Source: Patescibacteria group bacterium (GTDB lineage Bacteria; Patescibacteriota; Patescibacteriia; Patescibacteriales; JBAZCA01). From it: DNA of 64,000 nucleotides. Position numbers and translations under genes: made by a program. The notes under the pieces are model-generated. The model was not told the origin of the DNA. It did not search any database and saw only the letters and a list, made by a program, of their open reading frames with translations. Location: positions 64,689-128,688 of the forward strand of contig JBAZCA010000003.1 of NCBI GenBank assembly GCA_041671125.1, written 5' to 3'. Numbering within the stretch: the first letter of the stretch is position 1; each line of letters opens with the position of its first letter. This document shows positions 8,157 through 16,572 of the stretch, one piece after another.

Positions 8157-8963
8157 TTATTTTATTTCTATAAACTCTCGTATTCTTTTAATTGTTTTCG
8201 CTTTGCCGGTCTTTTCGTCTATCGCGACGATCACTCCGCTTAAAATGGCGTCCCCTTTTTCCGGAATCACGTGGCTTCTTTTTATCTGGTCAAGATAAGT
8301 TTTAAGGATGTCTTCCTTTTCCACCCCGAGCGACCCCTCTCTAAAGCCGGTCATGCCCGCGTCGGTAAGGTAAGCGGTTCCTGCCGGAGTGATTTCTTCG
8401 TCCGCCGTCTGGATGTGGGTATGGGTGCCGATAAGGGCGCTCGCTTTTCCGTCAACGTAATATTTCATCGCCACTTTCTCCGAGGTAGTCTCGGCGTGCA
8501 TATCAATAATAATAGCAGATAACTTTTTTACCCGCAAGCTAGGATTAGCAAAAATCCTGTCAATTTCCCGGAAAGGACAGTCAAAATCTTTTTTCATAAA
8601 AACCCGGCCAATCAGGTTAATAAGAAGAACCCGAAATTTTCCTTTCTCAATAATCGCGTAACCCCGACCCGGCGCCAAAGGCGGCCAATTAGCCGGCCGA
8701 AGGATCGGGAGATCACCGCCATACACGTCATCAAGACTTTTTACCCGGTCAAAGGCATGGTCGCCGTTGGTAAAATAATCAACGCCCGCGGAAATAAGTT
8801 CTTCCAAAGTTTTTCTTGAAACGCCTTTGCCATGGGCGACATTATCGGCGTTGGCGATTATGATATCAACTTTGTGCTGTTTTTTTATTTTCGGCAAAAG
8901 AATCCGAACCGCCTCGCGGCCGATTTTCCCGCTCACATCGCCGATGAAAAAAACTTTTAACAT
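8157..8963 (-). CDS. ymdB: YmdB-like metallophosphoesterase (TIGR00282 family)
   Basis: MLKVFFIGDVSGKIGREAV...NGDHAFD...GTHTHIQTADE. Conserved position downstream of rny. Confidence 0.85.
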   Translation of the reverse strand: MLKVFFIGDVSGKIGREAVRILLPKIKKQHKVDIIIANADNVAHGKGVSRKTLEELISAGVDYFTNGDHAFDRVKSLDDVYGGDLPILRPANWPPLAPGRGYAIIEKGKFRVLLINLIGRVFMKKDFDCPFREIDRIFANPSLRVKKLSAIIIDMHAETTSEKVAMKYYVDGKASALIGTHTHIQTADEEITPAGTAYLTDAGMTGFREGSLGVEKEDILKTYLDQIKRSHVIPEKGDAILSGVIVAIDEKTGKAKTIKRIREFIEIK

Positions 8964-8977
8964 AATTTAAGTCACGA

Positions 8978-9046
8978 AGTCTTTGAGTCGGGGAAGTCAA
9001 GAAGTCTAAAGACTTTTCTGACTTGGGACTCTTAAACTCAAAGACT
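8978..9046. repeat. Long imperfect hairpin (agtctttgagt...actcaaagact) between rny stop and ymdB start
   Basis: Outer 11-bp perfect stem agtctttgagt/actcaaagact plus inner aagtcaagaagtc/gacttttctgactt pairing. Confidence 0.75.
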
Positions 9047-9047
9047 A

Positions 9048-10562
9048 TTATCGCGCGTATTCAATCACCCGCATTTCCCGTATAACATTCACTTTTATTT
9101 CTCCCGGGTATTTAAGCTCTTCTTCAATTTTTCTGGCGACGTTCCGGGCGAGATTATAGGCTTCAACGTCGTTCACGGTTTCCGGGGTAACGAAGATCCG
9201 GACCTCGCGTCCGGCCTGGATGGCGTAAACTTTTTCCACCCCCGGGAAAGAGGCCGCGATCCGTTCCAGCTCCTCAAGCCGCTGTAGATACCGCTCGTAG
9301 GTATCGCTCCGGGCGCCCGGCCGGCTGGCTGAAATCGCGTCAGCCACTTTTACGATTACCGCGATAAGACCTTTCGGCCGGTCATCATGGTGGGTTTCAA
9401 TCGGGTCAATTAATTCCTGGGGCAGGTTAAATTTTCTCGCGATATCGCGCCCGATTTCCGGGTGGGTGCCTTTAACTTCATGGTCAACGGCTTTGCCGAT
9501 ATCATGCAAAAGTCCGCTCTTCTTCGCCAAAGTTACGTCCGCCCCTAATTCTTCGGCGAGCAAAGCGGATAAATGCGCCACTTCAACCGAATGGTGCAGG
9601 GCGTTCTGTCCGTAGCTGGTCCGGTATTTTAACCGACCGAGAATCTGCGTTAGTTTAGGGTCCAGTCCGGCGACGCCGACGTCAAACGTGGCCGCTTCTC
9701 CGGCTTTCTTTATATCAATCGCGAGCTCCCTTTTTGACTCCTCAATCGCGTCTTCAATCTTGGTCGGATGAATCCGGCCGTCAAGGATGAGCTTGTCCAG
9801 AGTTTTCTTCGCGATGTGCCTTCTAATCGGCGAAAATCCGGAAATGGTAATGGCGTTCGGCGTATCGTCAACGATAATTTCGGTACCGGTAAGTTTTTCA
9901 ATGGTTTTTATGTTCCTGCCTTCGCGGCCGATAATCCGGCCTTTCATTTCGTCGCTTGGGAGGTCAACGACCGTAGTGGTCACTTCCGGGGTGTAAGTGG
10001 AAACAAGCCTTTGCATGCTCTCGGCCATTAAATTCCTCGCCCGCTCTTCCCAGACCTCGGTGGACTCGCATTCCAGCTTATGGATACGAACCATTAAATC
10101 TTCTCTGGTCTGTTCTTCAACTTTTTTAAAGAGTTCTTCCCGGGCCGCGTCTTTGTCCATGCCGGCGATTTCCTCAAGCTTCTTCATCTGCTCAACTTTA
10201 ATCTCGCCGACTTTAGCTTTTATTTCCTCTACCCGGCTCACTTTGTCGTAAAGGGACTGCTGTTTTTCCTGCAACTCCAAAAGTTTCTGCGAAAAAACGT
10301 TTTCCCGTTTTTCCAGCCGCGATTGCACGCCCTTAATTTCCTGGCGGCGATGCTCTTCGTCCCTTTTCGCGTCTTCAATAATCTTTAACGCTTTGTCCTG
10401 GGCTTTTAAAAGCACTTCGGTGTGCTTTGATTTTGCTTCGTTTAAAATCTTTTCAGCTTTATCTTCGGCTCCTTTAACCCTTTTGGCGGTCTGTCTTTTG
10501 TTCGTGTAAAAACCGGCGAAAAAACCGGCCACCGCCAGTATCGCCGCTATCAAATATTCCAT
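9048..10562 (-). CDS. rny: Ribonuclease Y
   Basis: N-terminal TM helix, coiled coil, KH domain (GRIIGREGRNI) and HD domain (LLHDIGKA). Confidence 0.9.
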   Translation of the reverse strand: MEYLIAAILAVAGFFAGFYTNKRQTAKRVKGAEDKAEKILNEAKSKHTEVLLKAQDKALKIIEDAKRDEEHRRQEIKGVQSRLEKRENVFSQKLLELQEKQQSLYDKVSRVEEIKAKVGEIKVEQMKKLEEIAGMDKDAAREELFKKVEEQTREDLMVRIHKLECESTEVWEERARNLMAESMQRLVSTYTPEVTTTVVDLPSDEMKGRIIGREGRNIKTIEKLTGTEIIVDDTPNAITISGFSPIRRHIAKKTLDKLILDGRIHPTKIEDAIEESKRELAIDIKKAGEAATFDVGVAGLDPKLTQILGRLKYRTSYGQNALHHSVEVAHLSALLAEELGADVTLAKKSGLLHDIGKAVDHEVKGTHPEIGRDIARKFNLPQELIDPIETHHDDRPKGLIAVIVKVADAISASRPGARSDTYERYLQRLEELERIAASFPGVEKVYAIQAGREVRIFVTPETVNDVEAYNLARNVARKIEEELKYPGEIKVNVIREMRVIEYAR

Positions 10563-10661
10563 AGAATCTTAATTCTGTTTTGAGAGGTTTTATTTTTTGA
10601 AACGCGGATCCACTCGTGCGATTCAATATTATAGAGAGAAAATTTTGAGAATTATCCAAAC

Positions 10662-10835
10662 TTAAATCAGGCTGGTTTTCACTTCCTTTTTAAAAGAGTC
10701 GGGGCTAAAAATAGCCAATGCTTTTAATTTTGTCCCGGTTTTAACTGTCCGGCCGTTTTTTTTACCAGTCAGCCGGGCGTTAACATTGCCCGCTGAATAA
10801 CCTGAAACCGCGTTGATATTCTCAAAAAAATTCAT
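10662..10835 (-). CDS. Hypothetical small protein (57 aa), not in the supplied ORF track
   Basis: ATG to TAA frame read by hand: MNFFENINAVSGYSAGNVNARLTGKKNGRTVKTGTKLKALAIFSPDSFKKEVKTSLI. Weak RBS and no recognisable family. Confidence 0.3.
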   Translation of the reverse strand: MNFFENINAVSGYSAGNVNARLTGKKNGRTVKTGTKLKALAIFSPDSFKKEVKTSLI

Positions 10836-10916
10836 AGCATTTCCGAAAACTTCCTCTAATAACAGACATTTTTATTAATTACTGTATTTAAGCTACCATA
10901 TCGCCTTACTTTTGAC

Positions 10917-11050
10917 AAGTTAATTTGCGTGCGAGCAAACCTGCCTGCCGGCCCGCTTCGCCGGAGCGAAAGCGAGGCGAGCAGGCAGGTTATCCCGAAC
11001 CCGCCGAATCGGCGGGCGGGGATCTCTCGTGCACGCAAATTAATTTGACT
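10917..11050. repeat. GC-rich palindromic repeat family A, full copy with terminal inverted repeats
   Basis: The left end aagttaatttgcgtgcgag is inverted at the right end ctcgtgcacgcaaattaatttgactt. The core 10921-10990 matches the reverse complement of 480-548. An internal hairpin cccgccgaatcggcggg is present. Confidence 0.8.
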
Positions 11051-11129
11051 TACCCCGGAATTTCCCGTAAACTTAAAGAAATTATCAAAGAAAGATGAAT
11101 TTAATTATGCTTATGATCACCCTAATATT

Positions 11130-13094
11130 ATGAATATATCCGAACTGGCCAGAAGATTAAGAATCAATCCGGTAGAGTTAAGGGAAAAACTTCCTCAGCT
11201 CGGTTTTGATATTGGTCAAAAAGCCATAAAAATTGATGACCGCGCGGCAAACAAAATCATCCAGTCCTGGCCGTCGCTTTTAAGGCGGCTGAGGGAAAAT
11301 TCATCCGTAACCGGCGAACGGCAGGAGCGGGCGCAAAACGAAGAAAAGAAAAAACTGCGATTGCCGGGTCATATTACGGTTCGCGATTTTGCCGAACTGG
11401 CCGGACTACCCGTCAGCCGGGTGCTGGCTCAACTCATGAAAAGCGGAATTTTCATCTCTCTGAATGAAGAAATTGATTATGATACCGCCGCCATCATCGG
11501 CTCGGATCTCGGGCTGGAAATTGAGAAAGGTGAAGAAGAGGAAAAAGAAACCTTAAACGAAAAAGTGTCGGTTGACGACGTGATGAAGTCGGAAACAGCC
11601 GAAAATTTAAAACCCCGGCCGCCGGTAATCGTAGTCATGGGTCATGTTGATCACGGAAAAACAAAGCTTCTGGACGCCATCCGCCGGACTAACGTCGTGG
11701 AAAAGGAAGCCGGAGGCATCACCCAGCACATCGGCGCCTATCAGGTAGAACGCCGAAACCGCTTTATCTCTTTTATTGACACCCCCGGCCATGAAGCCTT
11801 TACGGCCATGCGGAGCCGGGGCGCTAAAGTCGCTGATATCGCCATCCTGGTCGTCGCCGCTGATGACGGGGTCATGCCGCAGACAACCGAAGCTTTCCAG
11901 ATTATTAAGGCCGCCGGAACGCCTTTTGTCGTGGCTATTAACAAAATTGACAAACCTGACGCCGATATTAATAAGACCAAGCAGGAACTCTCAACCAAAT
12001 TAAATATCACGCCCGAAGACTGGGGAGGAAAAACCGTTACTGTTCCAGTCTCAGCCAAAGACGGAACCGGAATTGAAGAACTTCTGGATATTATTCTCCT
12101 TACCGCCGACCTGGACGCGGAAAAAATCAAAGCTAATCCCGGCGCTCCGGCTTTAGGCACGATTATTGAATCCCACATTGACAAAGGCGAAGGCCCGGTC
12201 GCGACGATTTTAATCCAAAACGGAACCTTAAAAATCGGCGACGCCTTAATACGGGACGGCATAATGTTCGGCAAAGTCCGGGCGTTAAAAAACTATCTCG
12301 GCGAAAACGTGAGCGCGGCCGCTCCTTCCACTCCGGTAAAAATTATCGGTTTAAAAATCGCCCCGGAAGTAGGGGACGTTTTAGCGGTCGGGGTCGGCAG
12401 GCGGGTGGATATGCGCAGTTTAAGAATGCCAAAACGAACCAGAATTGAAAAGGAAAAAGTAAGCGAAGGCGCCGAAACGCAAAAAACTATCAATATAATC
12501 ATCAAAAGCGACGTTTTAGGGTCGGCTGAAGCCATTGACGAATCCTTGGAAAAAATTTCCAACCCCGAAGTTAAAATCGTTACGATCACCAAAGGCCTTG
12601 GGAATATTTCCGAATCCGATATAACCCGGGCCTCGGCGACCAACGCGCAGATTATCGGCTTTAACGTAAAAGTGTCGTCCGGGCTGGAAGAGCTGGCGCG
12701 GACAAAAAACGTCAAAATTACCCTCTACAGCATTATCTATAACCTGATTAACGACGTAAAATCGCAGATGGAAGACCTTTTTGAACCTGAAATCCGCCGG
12801 ACTGACCTCGGAAAATTAAAAGTTTTGGCTTCATTTAAAATTGAAAAAACTTATCAGGTCATCGGCGGAAAAGTCCTTTCCGGAAAAATTGAAAAAGGCG
12901 CGTTAATTGAAGTTATTCGCGGTGATGAAATGAAAACCAAAGGAAAACTGGCCAGCTTGCAAATCCAAAAGCAGGAAGTGCCGGATTGCTCTGAAGGCCA
13001 GGAATGCGGAATTAAATTTGAAGGCGAGCCGGTAATTGAACCCGGCGACATTTTACAGTTTTACAAAGAAGAAAAAATAAAGAAGAAATTTTAA
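11130..13094 (+). CDS. infB: Translation initiation factor IF-2
   Basis: GTPase motifs GHVDHGKT, DTPGH and NKID, with IF-2 C-terminal domains. Confidence 0.95.
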   Translation: MNISELARRLRINPVELREKLPQLGFDIGQKAIKIDDRAANKIIQSWPSLLRRLRENSSVTGERQERAQNEEKKKLRLPGHITVRDFAELAGLPVSRVLAQLMKSGIFISLNEEIDYDTAAIIGSDLGLEIEKGEEEEKETLNEKVSVDDVMKSETAENLKPRPPVIVVMGHVDHGKTKLLDAIRRTNVVEKEAGGITQHIGAYQVERRNRFISFIDTPGHEAFTAMRSRGAKVADIAILVVAADDGVMPQTTEAFQIIKAAGTPFVVAINKIDKPDADINKTKQELSTKLNITPEDWGGKTVTVPVSAKDGTGIEELLDIILLTADLDAEKIKANPGAPALGTIIESHIDKGEGPVATILIQNGTLKIGDALIRDGIMFGKVRALKNYLGENVSAAAPSTPVKIIGLKIAPEVGDVLAVGVGRRVDMRSLRMPKRTRIEKEKVSEGAETQKTINIIIKSDVLGSAEAIDESLEKISNPEVKIVTITKGLGNISESDITRASATNAQIIGFNVKVSSGLEELARTKNVKITLYSIIYNLINDVKSQMEDLFEPEIRRTDLGKLKVLASFKIEKTYQVIGGKVLSGKIEKGALIEVIRGDEMKTKGKLASLQIQKQEVPDCSEGQECGIKFEGEPVIEPGDILQFYKEEKIKKKF

Positions 13095-13123
13095 TTGCAG
13101 CTTAAACATCGCGGGGATAAAAA

Positions 13124-13150
13124 CACACCATCAAAACGGTGCGTTTTTTT
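13124..13150 (+). terminator. Rho-independent terminator after infB
   Basis: Stem cacacc/ggtgcg (one mismatch) followed by T7. Confidence 0.6.
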
Positions 13151-13170
13151 ATTCTTGCCGTCGGCGATTT

Positions 13171-14349
13171 TCAGTCCCGCGCTTTCCTTAACGCCAAAGT
13201 AAAAAAGAAAAGTGAAATGATTCCGATTATGGTCCCGAATAAAAAAGTCGCGCCCGGATTTACGCGGCTCCAGAGTCCTCCGGCAATCAATCCGGCCGGC
13301 AGGGCCGCCAGACCGGTAAAAGTGTGAAATGTCCCGAGAGCCGTGCCTTTTGTTTCGGCCGGCGACAGGTCAGCGACTAAAGCCCTCTGCGCCCCGTCAA
13401 TCAAGGCAAAAAATATGCCAAAAAGAATGAATGAAATTATGGTATAAACAACGCCGCTAAAAAGGAAGAGTCCGAAAGATAAGACGCTGAACATGGCATA
13501 ACCGGTAAGAATTACCGGCTTTCGGCCGAACTTATCCGAGAGCGACCCGGCTTTCATGGAAAGAAGCGTGTACGCGAGGTAAAATAAGGCGTAAAGCATA
13601 ATCACCTGCTCGTTATTTAATCCATCCCCCTTGGCCCGGAGCATTAAAAACGCGTAGTTATAATTACCCAAAGTAAAAATCGTGGAAATCAAAATAAATA
13701 TTTTCAATTCTTTGGTCAGCGCGCCGAATCCGACTCTCAAAGAAATTTTTTTCTTTGTCGCTTCATACCGCTCCGGCTCGCGGACAAAAATTATTACCGC
13801 GACGGAAATTATTCCCGGAATAATAGCCAGCTTAAATAAATTAACAAAACCAAAAAGCGGCAGAAGAAGAAACGCGAGCGCCGCCCCGCCGATTGACCCA
13901 AGCCCGTCCATGGCCCGATGAAAACCGTAAGCCTTGCCCATGGTAGCCTGGTTATTTGATTCGGCGATAATTGCGTCCCGCGGCGCGTCCCGCAAACCTT
14001 TTCCCACCCGGTCGGCGATTCTTATGCCGAGCACGGCGAACCAGGATCCGGCGTAAGCCAGAACCGGCTTCATCACCGCGGATAAAGCGTAGCCAAAAAA
14101 AACAAACGGCTTTCTTTTTCTGATTTTATCCGACCAATAACCGGAAACTACTTTTAGCAAAGAGGCGGTTGCTTCGGCCGCGCCTTCAACCGCTCCGACC
14201 GCGATTGCCCCGCCCCCGAGAACGCTCGTTATATATAAAGGCAGTAAAGGAAAAACCATCTGCCCGCTTAAGTCGGTTAAAAGGCTTACGACTCCGAGGA
14301 TTATCACGTTCCGCGAAATCCCAGAGAATATTTTTTTAAATCCGTCCAT
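13171..14349 (-). CDS. MFS transporter
   Basis: About 12 predicted TM helices and an MFS-like loop (DRVGKGLRDAPRDA). Confidence 0.8.
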   Translation of the reverse strand: MDGFKKIFSGISRNVIILGVVSLLTDLSGQMVFPLLPLYITSVLGGGAIAVGAVEGAAEATASLLKVVSGYWSDKIRKRKPFVFFGYALSAVMKPVLAYAGSWFAVLGIRIADRVGKGLRDAPRDAIIAESNNQATMGKAYGFHRAMDGLGSIGGAALAFLLLPLFGFVNLFKLAIIPGIISVAVIIFVREPERYEATKKKISLRVGFGALTKELKIFILISTIFTLGNYNYAFLMLRAKGDGLNNEQVIMLYALFYLAYTLLSMKAGSLSDKFGRKPVILTGYAMFSVLSFGLFLFSGVVYTIISFILFGIFFALIDGAQRALVADLSPAETKGTALGTFHTFTGLAALPAGLIAGGLWSRVNPGATFLFGTIIGIISLFFFTLALRKARD

Positions 14350-14421
14350 ATTTATTAATTTTCTTATCTCATCATTAAACTTTCATTAATTTACCTGAAA
14401 TCAAAATCTCGCGCAAGCAAC

Positions 14422-14446
14422 AAAAAATCGCCCTTCCGGGACGACT
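14422..14446 (-). terminator. Rho-independent terminator closing the tRNA-Leu/tRNA-Val transcription unit
   Basis: The minus strand reads gtcgtcccggaagggcga followed by TTTTTT. Confidence 0.6.
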
Positions 14447-14451
14447 TTTTA

Positions 14452-14512
14452 TGTGGACAATATAGGACTCGCCCGGCATCCGCCGGGCGGGGAGCGAATG
14501 CTCCCCGAACCT
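14452..14512 (-). pseudogene. Partial duplicate of the tRNA-Val 3' end with a ~36-bp double GC hairpin inserted in the T-loop
   Basis: tgtggacaatataggactcg ... aacct matches the tRNA-Val 3' end tggtggacaatataggactcgaacct. It is interrupted by cccggcatccgccgggcggggagcgaatgctccccg. Confidence 0.7.
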
Positions 14513-14532
14513 TAACAATAAGCCTCACATAC

Positions 14533-14610
14533 TGGTGGACAATATAGGACTCGAACCTATAACCCCCTCGGTGTAAACGAGGTGCTCTAGCCAATTGAGC
14601 TAATTGTCCC
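14533..14610 (-). tRNA. tRNA-Val (TAC), CCA encoded
   Basis: Reverse complement is GGGACAATTAGCTCAATTGGCTAGAGCACCTCGTTTACACCGAGGGGGTTATAGGTTCGAGTCCTATATTGTCCACCA. Confidence 0.9.
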
Positions 14611-14614
14611 GGCC

Positions 14615-14701
14615 TGGTGGGCGAGAGAGGACTCGAACCTCCACAGCCTTGCGGCCACAAGCCCCTCAAGCTTGCGTGTCTACCGGTTTCACCACTCGCC
14701 C
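14615..14701 (-). tRNA. tRNA-Leu (GAG), long variable arm, CCA encoded
   Basis: Reverse complement is GGGCGAGTGGTGAAACCGGTAGACACGCAAGCTTGAGGGGCTTGTGGCCGCAAGGCTGTGGAGGTTCGAGTCCTCTCTCGCCCACCA. Confidence 0.9.
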
Positions 14702-14716
14702 GAAAGAATCCCGGCC

Positions 14717-15079
14717 TTAGCCGATTTTCTTTTCTCTAAGCTTTTTCTTATAACCGCGCTTTAAGAAGTAAAGTTTGGCCCGGTTAACTTTGGCTTGCCG
14801 CTTAATTTCAACCTTGGTAATAGTCGGCAGGTTGATGGGAAAAATTTTTTCCACTTCCACACCGTCGGAAATTTTCCGGATAGTAACGGTTCCTCCGGCT
14901 TCCTTACCGCGGCGGCAGGCAATCACCAGACCTTCAAAATACTGAACTCTTTCTTTTTCCTCCCCTTTAATGGAGAGCTCTTTAATTTTTTGGTGCACCC
15001 GGACGGTCATGCCCGGCGCTAAATCTTTCAGGCCGGCGATTTTCTTCGCGTCGGCTGAGGCGGTTTTTACGGTTGTCAT
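14717..15079 (-). CDS. rplS: 50S ribosomal protein L19
   Basis: GMTVRVHQKIKE...ERVQYFEGLVIA...TIRKIS.GVEVEKIFP....I..VEI. Confidence 0.9.
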   Translation of the reverse strand: MTTVKTASADAKKIAGLKDLAPGMTVRVHQKIKELSIKGEEKERVQYFEGLVIACRRGKEAGGTVTIRKISDGVEVEKIFPINLPTITKVEIKRQAKVNRAKLYFLKRGYKKKLREKKIG

Positions 15080-15192
15080 AGTAAATTTATCAAAAATGCT
15101 ATTAATAATTTATCCGGCTAATCAAAAATAATCCCGTCCCGCCCCCGCGCTTTGGCGCGAAGCCGCGAAACCGGATATTAAAAACTAGCTTG

Positions 15193-15220
15193 ATTATACT
15201 GCTTTTCGGGAATTAGTCAA
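15193..15220 (-). promoter_or_regulatory. Sigma-70-type promoter for rplS (TTGACT-16 nt-TATAAT on minus strand)
   Basis: -35 at 15215-15220 and -10 at 15193-15198, read on the reverse complement. A GC-rich structured leader follows. Confidence 0.55.
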
Positions 15221-15456
15221 CAGTCCGGGCTAATTTTTTCCAAAAATTTCGCGAAAGATGGGCTTATGTCCGGCTATTCCCGCTTTAACCATTAGCTATC
15301 CTCCAATACATCCTCCGGCAGACTTGATTTTACCCGGCTATCATGTTATCATTGGGATAATTAATTTAATTAATAATTAAATTCCTTCCTTTTCTTGGTT
15401 TTAGGGTAATTTTCGGGTAAATCCCGCCCAATTCTCGGAAAAACGGAAAATCCAGT

Positions 15457-15852
15457 ATGTTGGACAAAGATTCCAAGCAGAAAATCATTAATAAATTTAA
15501 GGTTCATGCCACTGATACCGGATCTTCACAGGTCCAGATAGCCATCCTTACTGAAGAGATAAAACGGCTTACCGACCATTTAAAATCGCACAAACATGAC
15601 CATTCCTCCCGCCGGGGACTTTTAAAAAAAGTCGGCGAAAGGCGGAAACTCTTAAAATATTTACAAAAAGAAAGCCAGGAAGCTTTTAACGAACTGGCTA
15701 AAAAACTAAAATTGAAAATCGCCAAAAAAATGATTGAGGACGAGGAAGAAGAAAGAAAGCGGCTGGAAGAAGAAATGGCGCCAAAAGCCGAAGCCGAGGA
15801 AGAAACCGTTACTGAAGAAGATACGACAGGTAAAAAAGAAGAAAAAGAATAA
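15457..15852 (+). CDS. rpsO: 30S ribosomal protein S15 with ~40-aa Glu/Lys-rich C-terminal extension
   Basis: S15 core TGSSQVQIAILTEEIKRLTDHLKSHKHDHSSRRGLLKKVGERRKLLKYL, followed by an EEEERKRLEEE...KKEEKE tail. Confidence 0.9.
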   Translation: MLDKDSKQKIINKFKVHATDTGSSQVQIAILTEEIKRLTDHLKSHKHDHSSRRGLLKKVGERRKLLKYLQKESQEAFNELAKKLKLKIAKKMIEDEEEERKRLEEEMAPKAEAEEETVTEEDTTGKKEEKE

Positions 15853-15898
15853 ATCTCAATCCTGCTCCGCGGCTATTCGCGGATTTGGAAGTTATTAC

Positions 15899-16417
15899 AT
15901 GAAAAAACATAAAGAACAACGAGTGGGAGTTTTGATTGACGTGGCCAACATGTACCACTCAGCCAAAAATCTCTACAAAAAGCGGGTTAATTTTGAAGAG
16001 ATATTAAAAGAAGGCGTGGCCGGCAGAAAATTAATCCGGGCCGTCGCTTACGTAATCCGGGCCGAAACCGAAGAGGAAACCCATTTTTTTGAAGCGCTCT
16101 CTCAGCAAGGTTTTGAGGTAAAAATGAAAGATTTACAAATTTTCGCCGGCGGCATAAAAAAAGCCGACTGGGACGTCGGCATAGCGATTGACGCGGTAAA
16201 GCTCGGAAATAAATTGGATGTAATAGTACTGGTTTCTGGCGACGGCGATTACGTGCCACTGGTCAATTACCTGCAAAACACCATGGGTTGCGTGGTTGAG
16301 GTTATGGCTTTCCGCCAGACGGCGTCATCAAAGCTCATAGAAGAAGCCGATGATTTTATCAACTTAAGCGAAGACAAAAAATTTTTGCTGTCCCAGGGCA
16401 ACCGATTTTTCAATTAG
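15899..16417 (+). CDS. NYN/LabA-like (PIN-like) domain protein
   Basis: VGVLIDVANMY...VLVSGDGDYVPLV is typical of the NYN/LabA family. Start chosen at the ATG at 15899 with GGAAG about 9 nt upstream. The upstream part of ORF 15734 is the out-of-frame shadow of the rpsO tail. Confidence 0.75.
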   Translation: MKKHKEQRVGVLIDVANMYHSAKNLYKKRVNFEEILKEGVAGRKLIRAVAYVIRAETEEETHFFEALSQQGFEVKMKDLQIFAGGIKKADWDVGIAIDAVKLGNKLDVIVLVSGDGDYVPLVNYLQNTMGCVVEVMAFRQTASSKLIEEADDFINLSEDKKFLLSQGNRFFN

Positions 16418-16498
16418 CCCTATATTTATTTAACGCTTAGCTGTCAGATACATAGTCTATGAGATATCACTCATGGCCTCTAATCTGTCGGCCAGGCA

Positions 16499-16563
16499 TA
16501 AAAATGCAAAATTAAAAAATCAAAATGCAAAATTTTAATTTTTGATTTTTACATTTTACATTA
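16499..16563. repeat. AT-rich imperfect hairpin of short tandem motifs (aaaatgcaaaatt / acattttacatt) just upstream of pnp
   Basis: Central stem aaaaatcaaaa/ttttgattttt, with flanking partially complementary repeats. Ends about 10 nt before the pnp ATG. Confidence 0.7.
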
Positions 16564-16572
16564 TCATAATTT

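Noticed and set aside
11741-12274. 177-aa minus-strand ORF inside infB. Similar antisense ORFs occur at 12293-12715, 17892-18575 (in pnp), 23304-23879 (in the PBP gene), 32065-32478 (in polA), 36740-37333 (in holA), 44798-45148 (in hisG) and 46692-47162 (in the bactofilin gene).
   Set aside because: All lie entirely antisense to strongly supported conserved genes. They have low-complexity Ser/Pro/Ile-rich translations and no RBS. They are shadow ORFs.
14391-14669. 92-aa minus-strand ORF
   Set aside because: It is composed of the tRNA-Leu, tRNA-Val and tRNA-fragment sequences.
15258-15320. 20-codon minus-strand ORF (MVKAGIAGHKPIFREIFGKN) with GGAGG upstream, considered as a leader peptide for rplS
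   Set aside because: It lies upstream of the predicted rplS promoter (15193-15220). It is very short and has no recognisable features.
15734-15898. N-terminal 55-codon extension of the NYN ORF (MRTRKKKESGWKKKW...)
   Set aside because: It is the +1-frame reading of the Glu/Lys-rich rpsO tail. An internal ATG at 15899 with an RBS gives a normal-length NYN protein.
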